From the NCBI GenBank assembly GCA_041392855.1, contig JAWKLD010000002.1:202706-266705 (forward strand): a stretch of 64,000 bases of DNA, given 5' to 3'. How positions within the stretch are numbered: position 1 is the first letter of the stretch; each line of letters opens with the position of its first letter. The notes beneath the pieces were generated by a model that saw only the letters and a list, made by a program, of their open reading frames with translations, did not search any database and had not been told where the DNA came from. A program made the position numbers and the translations under genes. Positions 29,588 through 37,890 of the stretch are shown one piece after another. This DNA comes from Flavipsychrobacter sp. (GTDB lineage: Bacteria; Bacteroidota; Bacteroidia; Chitinophagales; Chitinophagaceae).

Positions 29588-31054
29588 TTATTTATTTAAA
29601 ATCTTAAATGTCTCCTCTAATATTTCTTTATCGTCAAAGTGATGCCTCACCCCTTTTATCTCTTGATAGGCCTCATGCCCCTTTCCTGCCACTAATACTA
29701 TATCTTCCGGTTGCGCCAAAGAACATGCTGTCTTTATTGCTTCTTTTCTATCAGCAATCCTCAACACCTTTCTTCTATTAGTAATACTCACTCCAGCTTC
29801 CATTTCATTTAGTATCACTTCAGGATCTTCACTTCTAGGATTATCAGAAGTCAATATTGCTTTGTCACTATGCTCTGTTGCCACCTCTGCCATTATTGGG
29901 CGCTTTGCCTTATCCCTATCACCTCCACACCCTACTACGGTAATTATTTGCTGCATGCCACCACGCAATTGATTAACTGTAGCTAGTACATTCAACAATG
30001 CATCAGGTGTATGCGCATAATCAATAATTCCCAATACCTTATCGTTTGGAGACATCAAAGTTTCAAACCTACCAGGAGCACCGTTCAGGGTGCTTAGTTT
30101 AGCCAATACTTCCATCTTATCCTCACCCAATAATATAGCCACGCCATACACCGCCATTAAGTTGTAGGCGTTAAATGAGCCGATCATTCTGAAATATGCC
30201 TCATACCCATCTATCATCATCACCAATCCTGTCAAGTTATTTTCCAACACTTTACCCTTCACAGTTGCTGGCACTCTCAAACTATAAGCATGTTTATTAG
30301 CTTTTGTATTCTGTAACATCACGCCGCCTCTTTTATCGTCTGCATTAGTTAATGCAAAAGCCGTTTTAGGCAAGTCGTCAAAAAACTTCTTCTTTACGTT
30401 GATGTACTCATCAAATGTTTTGTGATAATCTAAGTGATCGTGCGTTATATTAGTGAAAACGCCTCCTGAGAAAACTAAACCTGCAATACGTTGCTGGTGT
30501 ATTGCATGAGAACTCACTTCCATAAAAGTATGCGAGCATCCAGCAGCTATCATTTTTGCTAATAAAGCGTGAATGGAAATGGCATCGGGAGTAGTATGAG
30601 TAGCCGTTTCAACCTCATCATCAATATAATTCTGAACGGTTGAGAGCAGACCACATTTATATTCTAAACCTTTAAATAGTTGATATAATAAAGTTGCAAC
30701 AGTAGTTTTTCCATTTGTTCCTGTTATACCAACCAACTTCAATTTCGAAGAAGGACGACCATAAAAAACATTAGCCACTTCACCCGCTGCCTTTGCACTA
30801 TCTTTCACCAACACATAAACCACATCCCCATCTAGCACTTCCGGCATTTGCTCGCACACAATAGCAACAGCACCACTAGCTATAGCTTTGCCTATATATT
30901 GATGACCATCAACGGTTACACCATTGATAGCGAAAAACACATCGCCTGCCTTTACAGCACGAGAGTCTATACATAACCCACTTGCTGCTACAGACAACGA
31001 CACATTGTGCGATAGCACTTCTGTATCCTCTAATATGTTTTTTAATATTTGCAT
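29588..31054 (-). CDS. murE: UDP-N-acetylmuramoyl-L-alanyl-D-glutamate--2,6-diaminopimelate ligase
   Basis: [11 protein letters not shown]-loop and DNPR motif ([10 protein letters not shown]). Confidence 0.95.
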   Translation of the reverse strand: MQILKNILEDTEVLSHNVSLSVAASGLCIDSRAVKAGDVFFAINGVTVDGHQYIGKAIASGAVAIVCEQMPEVLDGDVVYVLVKDSAKAAGEVANVFYGRPSSKLKLVGITGTNGKTTVATLLYQLFKGLEYKCGLLSTVQNYIDDEVETATHTTPDAISIHALLAKMIAAGCSHTFMEVSSHAIHQQRIAGLVFSGGVFTNITHDHLDYHKTFDEYINVKKKFFDDLPKTAFALTNADDKRGGVMLQNTKANKHAYSLRVPATVKGKVLENNLTGLVMMIDGYEAYFRMIGSFNAYNLMAVYGVAILLGEDKMEVLAKLSTLNGAPGRFETLMSPNDKVLGIIDYAHTPDALLNVLATVNQLRGGMQQIITVVGCGGDRDKAKRPIMAEVATEHSDKAILTSDNPRSEDPEVILNEMEAGVSITNRRKVLRIADRKEAIKTACSLAQPEDIVLVAGKGHEAYQEIKGVRHHFDDKEILEETFKILNK

Positions 31055-33150
31055 TAACCTAATCTCAATACAATTGTTCTCCCTTGAATAATATTTTCTC
31101 CCGCTTCTATGGATTGTGATAAAACATCACCACTACCATCTATCTGCACCTTCATTCCGCTTTGTTCTAGCAAAAAGATCGCATCTCTCAAACTCATCCC
31201 CACCACATCAGGCACTACATTTTCTACAACTGCCATCTTTGTCATCTTTACCTCCTTGCTGCTATCCGTTGTCAATTGCGCCATACCTCCATCACCTACT
31301 ACAGGCACCTTCAAACCAATAGCATTCACTAATCCTTTATACGCCTTAGCATCTGCCTTTTTAGCGATCAGTTCTTTTTCTTCAGCAGCTTCCGCCATAC
31401 TATCTACAGGTGCCGACCAATCTTTATTATCCGCAAAGACCTTATCGGCTATCATCCTAAACACAGGTGCAGCAACAGTACCTCCGTAATATGCTCTGGA
31501 ATGAGGTTTCGTCCTTACAACTACAGCAATAGTATACTTCGGATTATCTGCAGGGAAATAACCTACGAACGATCCCTGATAAACACGATCGCTATATTTA
31601 ATGCCTTTATCGGCCACTTGAGCAGTACCGGTCTTGCCAGCTATTTGATAAAAAGGACTTTTCATTCCTTTAGCAGTACCCGTCAAACCAACCTCCTCTA
31701 CACAAGCTTGCAATTGCGCCACTGTACTCGAATCACCTATTGCGGGCACAACTACAGTTGGACTGAAACGCTCGATCGTTTTTCCATATTCACGCACCTC
31801 GCTCACCAAATAAGGCTTCATCATCTTACCATTATTTGCCACGGCATTGTATAACATACAAGTATGCAAAGGTGTTATCAGCACTTCATAACCCGTAGCC
31901 ATCCAAGGCAATGTCGTTTTACTCCAAGATTTACTATCAGGTGTTTTTACAAGTGTTCTCTTTTCTCCTAATACATCAATACCTGTAGGTTTATCTAAAC
32001 CCACACTGCACACATGCCTAATAAATTGTTCAGGGTCTTTACTGTAGTACTGGTGCGCCAACTTTGCCATTGCCGCGTTAGAAGAATGCGCAAAAGCATC
32101 TTTAATAGTTAAAGAACCGAGCCCAAGATGGGAATCCTTCATGGTCAAATTACCAAACCGGATCGCCCCACCTTCGGCATCTACTTTATCCTCTATTTGT
32201 ATGTGCTTATCATTTAATAATGCCAACAAGGTCATCAACTTAAATGTAGACCCTGGCTCTGTTGGCATCATGGCATAGTTATAATCCTCCCAATAACTAC
32301 CATCTTTTTGCCTTCCCAAATTGGCTAATGCTCTCACCTTGCCTGTAGCTACTTCCATCACCACACAAGTACCATACAGACACTCATATTTTTCCAGTAT
32401 ACTCCTTAGCGAGTTCTCTGCTATATCCTGTATTCCTACATCTATCGTAGTTACAATATCCCTACCATTGACCGGCTCTATCTCCGTACCCTCAATAGGC
32501 ATCCACAAACCACCAGTCATCTTTTGCTCTAACCTTCTGCCTGACACCCCGTTAAGTACACTGTCAAATGTAGCTTCCAAACCTACTGTTTTTGCATTCT
32601 CCCTCCACAAACCCACAGTTCTATATGCCAGTATACCATAAGGGTTCACCCTTACACTCTTAGACTCTACTATTAAACCTCCTCTATTCTTCCCCTTATT
32701 AAAAATTGGGAAATTCCTCAACTCCTGATACTGATGATACTGCATACTCTTAGCAAGCAACCAATATCTATTTTGTCTTTTATTCTTGTATGCCGACCGT
32801 AGCAGTTTTTCGTAACCTCTAGATGTCCTATCACCAAACAATTTTGCCAAGCTATCAGACAACCCCTTCACTTCATCTTGAAACAACTCTTCATCTATTA
32901 CAGAAAAATCAACATGGGCATCAAATTTTGGAATGGTAGAACACAGCAAGTCTCCTTGCTCTGTATATATATTACCACGCTCTGCCAAAAGCGTAGCATT
33001 TCTCATATGCATGTTCTTGGCAGCCTTTATCAATTCAGGCCCCTCTTTCACTTGAACCATTGCAGCCTTTACTATTATGGCGATACCAAATAGACATACA
33101 CATGTAAATGCGATATACACCCTAAACCGTATGTCTTTTTTAACGTCCAA
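31054..33150 (-). CDS. ftsI: class B penicillin-binding protein (FtsI/PBP3-type) with C-terminal PASTA domain
   Basis: STFK, SSN, KTGT active-site motifs; N-terminal TM; C-terminal VPDVVGMSLRDAIFLLEQSGMKV PASTA-like domain; TTG start. Confidence 0.92.
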   Translation of the reverse strand: MDVKKDIRFRVYIAFTCVCLFGIAIIVKAAMVQVKEGPELIKAAKNMHMRNATLLAERGNIYTEQGDLLCSTIPKFDAHVDFSVIDEELFQDEVKGLSDSLAKLFGDRTSRGYEKLLRSAYKNKRQNRYWLLAKSMQYHQYQELRNFPIFNKGKNRGGLIVESKSVRVNPYGILAYRTVGLWRENAKTVGLEATFDSVLNGVSGRRLEQKMTGGLWMPIEGTEIEPVNGRDIVTTIDVGIQDIAENSLRSILEKYECLYGTCVVMEVATGKVRALANLGRQKDGSYWEDYNYAMMPTEPGSTFKLMTLLALLNDKHIQIEDKVDAEGGAIRFGNLTMKDSHLGLGSLTIKDAFAHSSNAAMAKLAHQYYSKDPEQFIRHVCSVGLDKPTGIDVLGEKRTLVKTPDSKSWSKTTLPWMATGYEVLITPLHTCMLYNAVANNGKMMKPYLVSEVREYGKTIERFSPTVVVPAIGDSSTVAQLQACVEEVGLTGTAKGMKSPFYQIAGKTGTAQVADKGIKYSDRVYQGSFVGYFPADNPKYTIAVVVRTKPHSRAYYGGTVAAPVFRMIADKVFADNKDWSAPVDSMAEAAEEKELIAKKADAKAYKGLVNAIGLKVPVVGDGGMAQLTTDSSKEVKMTKMAVVENVVPDVVGMSLRDAIFLLEQSGMKVQIDGSGDVLSQSIEAGENIIQGRTIVLRLG

Positions 33151-33171
33151 TTGTTCGTCTATTTGGTAGTT

Positions 33172-33525
33172 CTATTTTTTCTTTACACTATAAGCTGGCA
33201 AACTCAAAGGCGATAAGCCAATTTTGTTACCACTCTTTATTACTTCAGACTCTATCTGCACATTCATCAATTGCGACTTCGCATCCATATACTCCCACCT
33301 CAACTCTTTCAGCTCTTTATTATACTCTACTAAAGCTCTTTCTGTTTCTACCGCACGATGCGTATTACTGATATACAACACACATAACAAAGACACAAAA
33401 GCCAGATAAGGCACATTATCCACTATCAAATCATAAGCACCGCCCATCATCCTTTTCCAATCCAGCTTGTCTTTAAAGGACGACGACTCTTCTTGCTCTT
33501 TTTCTATTTTCTTTTTCCTCCACAT
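33172..33525 (-). CDS. ftsL: FtsL-like small bitopic division protein
   Basis: Basic N terminus, one TM (VPYLAFVSLLCVLYI), coiled-coil; position between rsmH and ftsI. Confidence 0.75.
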   Translation of the reverse strand: MWRKKKIEKEQEESSSFKDKLDWKRMMGGAYDLIVDNVPYLAFVSLLCVLYISNTHRAVETERALVEYNKELKELRWEYMDAKSQLMNVQIESEVIKSGNKIGLSPLSLPAYSVKKK

Positions 33526-34437
33526 TTATATACGCTCTGCTATACGAAGTCGAGCACTACGCGCTCTTGAATTATTCTTCAACTCCTCTTCTGTCGACTC
33601 TATAGATTTATTACTAAGCGGCTTCAACAATTTTTCCGACACCACTCGCCCGAACACATCTTTCTCCTCTTCTTCCCAACTTCCTCTTTTCATAAACAAC
33701 TTCACTATTCTGTCTTCTATAGAATGAAATGTAATAACACTCAACCTACCCCCCGCTTTCAAACACTTAGCCGACTGCTCTAAAAAATCTTCCAATGCAC
33801 CCATTTCATCATTCACCTCTATTCTTAACGCCTGAAACACTTGCGCCAAATACCTATTCTCTTTTCCTCGTACCACAGGTGCTATCATAGCCTTGAAAGA
33901 ATCTGTACTATCCAAGCCTGCCACTTCCCTTTCTTCTACTATTCTTTTAGCCAACTGCTTCGCATTTCTCACCTCGCCATATCGCTCAAAAAGCTTATGC
34001 AACTGCTCTTCGCTATACGTCTTCAAGATATCCGCCGCTGTCATTTCCAATCGCTTGTCCATCCTCATATCCAAAGGACCATCAAAGCGGATCGAAAAAC
34101 CACGCTCTGCCGTATCAAACTGATAAGAACTCACCCCAAGATCTGCGAGTATCCCATCCACCTCTTCATACCCGTGCAACTTCAAAAAACGCTTGATGTA
34201 TCTAAAATTCTCCCTCACCTGTATCACACGCTCATCATCAGGCATATTCTGCCAAGCATCCTCATCATGATCAAAAACGATCAAGCGACCTTTGGCATTC
34301 AACCTTTTTAATATCTCCTTACTATGACCACCACCACCAAACGTAGCATCCACATACACACCGTCGGGCCTAATTGCCAAACTATCTACAGACTCTTCAA
34401 GAAGAACTGATGTATGATAAAACCCCGAATTACTCAT
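33526..34437 (-). CDS. rsmH: 16S rRNA (cytosine1402-N4)-methyltransferase
   Basis: HTSVLLEES, DATFGGGGHS, ITFHSIEDR motifs. Confidence 0.96.
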   Translation of the reverse strand: MSNSGFYHTSVLLEESVDSLAIRPDGVYVDATFGGGGHSKEILKRLNAKGRLIVFDHDEDAWQNMPDDERVIQVRENFRYIKRFLKLHGYEEVDGILADLGVSSYQFDTAERGFSIRFDGPLDMRMDKRLEMTAADILKTYSEEQLHKLFERYGEVRNAKQLAKRIVEEREVAGLDSTDSFKAMIAPVVRGKENRYLAQVFQALRIEVNDEMGALEDFLEQSAKCLKAGGRLSVITFHSIEDRIVKLFMKRGSWEEEEKDVFGRVVSEKLLKPLSNKSIESTEEELKNNSRARSARLRIAERI

Positions 34438-34439
34438 TA

Positions 34440-34907
34440 CTACAAATCGTCAAAAGGATTCACAAAATCACCACCTGCCACTTCTGCTGCCAGGTCACTA
34501 AAGTTGGCCGCATTACTACTTATATAATTATGATAGGTTGCTCTATCCCACAACTCCACTTTGCTTCCTTGCGCAGAGAACACCATCTCTTTCTTTATAC
34601 CTGCATATTCCTGTAATGACTTTGGCACCAAAACCCTACCCGCAGAATCCACGTCCACAAATGTGGCGCCGTTCATAAACAAACGCTTAAACTCTCTTAC
34701 CTTTGGATTAAAATCATTCAGCTTGTTTACTTTTTCAGCCAACTTATTCCAACTCTCAAGAGGATATAACGTTAAACAACTTTCAAATCCACGATTAATA
34801 ACGAAACGCGAAGCCGCCTCTTCCGAGAGCTGCTTACGGAAACCCGAAGGAAGCAAAAAGCGCCCTTTGGTATCCAATGCTATTTCGTATTCTCCTAGTA
34901 GATTCAT
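34440..34907 (-). CDS. mraZ: division/cell wall cluster transcriptional regulator MraZ
   Basis: Duplicated SpoVT-AbrB motifs DTKGRFLLP and DSAGRVLVP; ATG at 34907 (MNLLGEY) preferred over the extended start at 34943. Confidence 0.93.
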   Translation of the reverse strand: MNLLGEYEIALDTKGRFLLPSGFRKQLSEEAASRFVINRGFESCLTLYPLESWNKLAEKVNKLNDFNPKVREFKRLFMNGATFVDVDSAGRVLVPKSLQEYAGIKKEMVFSAQGSKVELWDRATYHNYISSNAANFSDLAAEVAGGDFVNPFDDL

Positions 34908-34944
34908 ATCAGAAACACTGCCTTTAACAGAAAGGCAATACACT

Positions 34945-34988
34945 CACAAAATAACACACTTTCCCACAATTCTACACAAAAAGACACC
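34945..34988 (-). promoter_or_regulatory. candidate MraZ operator: 4-5 direct TGTG(N) repeats at an exact 10-bp period upstream of mraZ
   Basis: Plus-strand CACA at 34945, 34955, 34965, 34975 and CACC at 34985. The minus strand reads GGTGTCTTTT TGTGTAGAAT TGTGGGAAAG TGTGTTATTT TGTGAGTG, 34-80 nt upstream of the ATG at 34907. Confidence 0.55.
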
Positions 34989-35169
34989 TACATATTTATC
35001 CACAAGAACATGAACCCCAAAAACCAATACAGCATTACAATACAGGGGATTTTACTACTTATGAGAAACTACACATGTTTATATCATGTGAATTTCTGTG
35101 CAAAACTTGTTAATATCGCTGTTTAACAGAGTTTTAAGCACTTATTTATCTATTTATAAAGTATTTATG

Positions 35170-35177
35170 TACCTTTG
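35170..35177 (+). promoter_or_regulatory. -7 box TACCTTTG upstream of bamD-rpoZ
   Basis: Exact TAnnTTTG, 27 nt before the GTG at 35204. Confidence 0.5.
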
Positions 35178-35203
35178 CGGGCTCTGTTTATAATAAAGGT
35201 CGC

Positions 35204-36007
35204 GTGAAGAATTATTTGGTTGTTTTCATGAGTTTACTATTGTTAGCCTCTTGTACAGGATACGAGAGAGTACTTAAAAGTAATGATGTAAACTATAAGC
35301 TTAAAAAAGCTAATGAATACTTTGAAAAAAAGAAGTACTCACAAGCCAACCAATTGTACGAAAGCCTAATACCCGTAATGAAACAGACTCGTAACTACGA
35401 GCCACTTTATTACAGATACGCTTACACATTCTACTACCTAAAAGATTATTTATCAGCGTCTTATCACTTCAAGAACTTTTTTGACTTCTTCCCTAGTAGT
35501 AAAGATGCTGAAGAGTGCGAATTCTTATATGGCTACTGTTTATATAAAGAGTCTCCAAAATCTTCACTAGACCAAACCTATACAATAAAAGCTGTTGAAG
35601 CCTTACAATCGTTCATCAATGTTCACCCGCAGTCAAAAAAAGTAAGTGAGGCAAGCAAAATAATTTCTGATTGCAGGACGAAACTTGAGACTAAGGATGC
35701 AGCTGCAGCAAAGCTTTATTACAACATTGGTCAATACAAAGCATCAGGCGTTGCCTACCAAATGGTAACCAGAAACTATCTTAGCTCTACTAAAATAGAC
35801 TACTATCAGTATATGATCGTTAAGTCTTGGTTCAACTACGCAAAAGCCAGCGTAAAGAGCAAACAAGAAGAGCGTTTTGCAACTGCAATTGAAGCTTATA
35901 AAGAATTAGTTGATACATATCCAAAATCTCAATACCTTCGCGAAGCTGAAGAGTATAATACTCAAGCTGAGAATTACATAAAAAAAATACGTGATGAGCA
36001 CAAATAA
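35204..36007 (+). CDS. bamD: outer membrane protein assembly factor BamD (TPR lipoprotein)
   Basis: Lipobox LLLASC, TPR-like helices, conserved pairing with rpoZ in Bacteroidota; GTG start. Confidence 0.8.
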   Translation: MKNYLVVFMSLLLLASCTGYERVLKSNDVNYKLKKANEYFEKKKYSQANQLYESLIPVMKQTRNYEPLYYRYAYTFYYLKDYLSASYHFKNFFDFFPSSKDAEECEFLYGYCLYKESPKSSLDQTYTIKAVEALQSFINVHPQSKKVSEASKIISDCRTKLETKDAAAAKLYYNIGQYKASGVAYQMVTRNYLSSTKIDYYQYMIVKSWFNYAKASVKSKQEERFATAIEAYKELVDTYPKSQYLREAEEYNTQAENYIKKIRDEHK

Positions 36008-36314
36008 GAAAGCAATTGCAGCAGTACAGCCAATGGCAATTACGCAAGACGTAACAGCCATTAAGGAAAAAACTGGCAACCTATATGAGTCTATCGCTAT
36101 CATAGCTAAACGCTCAAATCAAATTGCAGTGAATATGAAAGAAGAGTTGCACCGCAAGCTTGATGAATTCACTATCCATGCTGACAACTTGGAAGAAATT
36201 CACGAAAACAAAGAGCAAATAGAGATATCTAAGATATATGAGCGTATGGCTAACCCTGCACGTTTGGCTACTGCAGAATTTATGGATGATAAAATATACC
36301 ACCGTAAGAAATAA
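35994..36314 (+). CDS. rpoZ: DNA-directed RNA polymerase subunit omega (Bacteroidota type)
   Basis: NLYESIAIIAKRSNQI ... NKEQIEISKIYE ... DDKIYHR match the phylum-specific omega; overlaps the bamD end by 14 nt. Confidence 0.65.
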   Translation: MSTNKKAIAAVQPMAITQDVTAIKEKTGNLYESIAIIAKRSNQIAVNMKEELHRKLDEFTIHADNLEEIHENKEQIEISKIYERMANPARLATAEFMDDKIYHRKK

Positions 36315-36337
36315 TACGTTCTTATTAAGATAAATTA

Positions 36338-36370
36338 AAGCTGTTTCGTTAATTCGAAGCAGCTTTTCTC
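36338..36370 (+). terminator. terminator after rpoZ
   Basis: AAGCTGTTTCG ttaatt CGAAGCAGCTT then TTTCTCTTT. Confidence 0.6.
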
Positions 36371-36399
36371 TTTAAAATGCCCTAAGCTTTTGGAAATCA

Positions 36400-36407
36400 T
36401 ATATTTG
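36400..36407 (+). promoter_or_regulatory. -7 box TATATTTG immediately upstream of the HAD hydrolase gene
   Basis: Exact TAnnTTTG ending 5 nt before the ATG at 36413 (would imply a leaderless or near-leaderless mRNA). Confidence 0.35.
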
Positions 36408-36412
36408 TAATA

Positions 36413-37111
36413 ATGAAGAAACAATACAAGCATCTCTTTTTTGATTTAGACCATACACTTTGGGACTTCGACAAAAACTCCAGATATACGCTTGAAAAAC
36501 TATATCAGGAATATGAACTGGAGCAAAGAGGAATATATGACTTCGAAGAGTTTTTCACTAAATACAATGCTCATAACGACAAACTTTGGGACAAGTTTAG
36601 AAAAGGACATATAAAAAGAGATGAGCTGAGATGGAAACGCCTATGGCTGACCCTTATAGACTACAAAATTGGAGATACTGCTTTGGCTCACGAAATGAGC
36701 TCTGCTTATTTGGAAATACTGCCAGTACAAAAAGAGCTAACGCCTTATGCCAAAGAAGTTCTAGACCATTGCAAAGACAAATATCAAATACATATTATCA
36801 CTAATGGCTTCCACGCTACTCAAAAGCTAAAGTTGCAGTATTCCGGCATTTCAAGTTATTTTTCTGAAATAATATCCTCGGAAGGCAGCAATAGCATGAA
36901 ACCTCGTCCTGAAATCTATGAATTTGCTCTAAATGCAACTGGCGCTACTGAAGAAGACAGTATTATGATAGGAGACGCACTTGAAGTAGATGTAAAAGGT
37001 GCGGCCAATGCTGGTTGGGATCAAGTTTATTATAACCCACACCAAATAGAGCATAATAGTCAACCTACTTATGAGATCACCTCTTTAAAAGAGCTATTGA
37101 CCATTTTCTAA
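36413..37111 (+). CDS. HAD-superfamily hydrolase, YjjG-like nucleotidase
   Basis: Motif I FFDLDHTLWDF, motif II ITNG, motif IV GDALEVDVKGA. Confidence 0.8.
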   Translation: MKKQYKHLFFDLDHTLWDFDKNSRYTLEKLYQEYELEQRGIYDFEEFFTKYNAHNDKLWDKFRKGHIKRDELRWKRLWLTLIDYKIGDTALAHEMSSAYLEILPVQKELTPYAKEVLDHCKDKYQIHIITNGFHATQKLKLQYSGISSYFSEIISSEGSNSMKPRPEIYEFALNATGATEEDSIMIGDALEVDVKGAANAGWDQVYYNPHQIEHNSQPTYEITSLKELLTIF

Positions 37112-37393
37112 CTATTTCACTATAATATCGCGAATAGCTGTCTCTTCCAGATATTCATTGATATTATTTATAAGTTGTTGTTTACCAAGCTGTAACTCTT
37201 GTTTAAGGGGAGCCACATCAGTATAAATGGTCAATATGCCATTATCGTAATACATATTACGTGTATATTTAGCTATTGTTTTCCCCACTATCGTCTCCCA
37301 TTCCTGTTTTAGGCGTAACTCTATTACTTTGGGCTTCCAGCCCGATTTTTGCATTAATAAATTGATAGCTTCGCCTATGCTATATTGCCCCAT
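37112..37393 (-). CDS. DUF721 domain protein
   Basis: About 93 aa; W-x-x-IVG-x-x-IA-x-x-T ... L-x-I ... L-x-x-EL pattern typical of DUF721. Confidence 0.65.
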   Translation of the reverse strand: MGQYSIGEAINLLMQKSGWKPKVIELRLKQEWETIVGKTIAKYTRNMYYDNGILTIYTDVAPLKQELQLGKQQLINNINEYLEETAIRDIIVK

Positions 37394-37493
37394 AGCTGCA
37401 AGTTACACAAAACCCCTGTCTGGTAATAGGATATAGTTATAATAGTTAAAAGAAATATTTAAAGAAAAAAAATTGTTCCTCAAGTCTTTTTCC

Positions 37494-37501
37494 TATCTTT
37501 G
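37494..37501 (+). promoter_or_regulatory. -7 box TATCTTTG upstream of rpsO
   Basis: Exact TAnnTTTG, 42 nt before the ATG at 37543. Confidence 0.5.
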
Positions 37502-37542
37502 CGAACTGAAAAATAGTGTCGTTATATAAAAATTTGATGTAG

Positions 37543-37815
37543 ATGTCATATTTAGCTGCCGATAAGAAGGCAAATATCTTTAAAACATTTGGTGGTTCTG
37601 AAACCAACACTGGCTCTATCGAGGGTCAAATTGCTATGCTTACAGAGCGTATCAATCACATTTCTAAACATTTGAAGCAGAACAAAAAGGACTATTCAAC
37701 TCACCGTGGGTTGATGAAGATGGTAGGCCGTCGTAAGCGCTTACTACAGTACCTAAGCCGCACAAACCTTGAATCTTACCGTGCGCTTCTTGAAAAGCTT
37801 GGATTACGTAAATAA
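37543..37815 (+). CDS. rpsO: 30S ribosomal protein S15
   Basis: GSIEGQIAMLTERINHISKHLKQNKKDYSTHRGLMKMVGRRKRLLQYL. Confidence 0.96.
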   Translation: MSYLAADKKANIFKTFGGSETNTGSIEGQIAMLTERINHISKHLKQNKKDYSTHRGLMKMVGRRKRLLQYLSRTNLESYRALLEKLGLRK

Positions 37816-37831
37816 CAACTTACTTTTATAG

Positions 37832-37866
37832 CTATTCCCAACTTCCTTAGTTGGGAATAGTCTTTT
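37832..37866 (+). terminator. hairpin between rpsO and pnp (terminator/attenuator)
   Basis: Perfect 11-bp stem CTATTCCCAAC / GTTGGGAATAG, 7-nt loop, then TCTTTT; 25 nt upstream of the pnp ATG. Confidence 0.7.
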
Positions 37867-37890
37867 ATAAACATATTTAAAAAATATCTT

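Noticed and set aside
34908-34943. ORF-track N-terminal extensions: mraZ to 34943, MscS from 40274, rpsU from 43676, recombinase from 43981, hydrolase from 58180, YHS gene to 60258, hisS to 11307, tyrS to 8751, OM barrel to 5443
   Set aside because: In each case an internal ATG yields the conserved N terminus or a proper signal peptide. The extension also overlaps a terminator hairpin, a -7 box, the phased mraZ repeats or the upstream gene.
33841-35013. Long antisense ORFs over rsmH and mraZ (33841..34311+, 34561..35013+), and similar ones elsewhere (7556..7930+, 17391..17756+, 31109..31489+, 60065..60502+)
   Set aside because: Each lies fully inside a strongly supported conserved gene on the other strand. 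They have no domain-like sequence, promoter or terminator. They are typical shadow ORFs.
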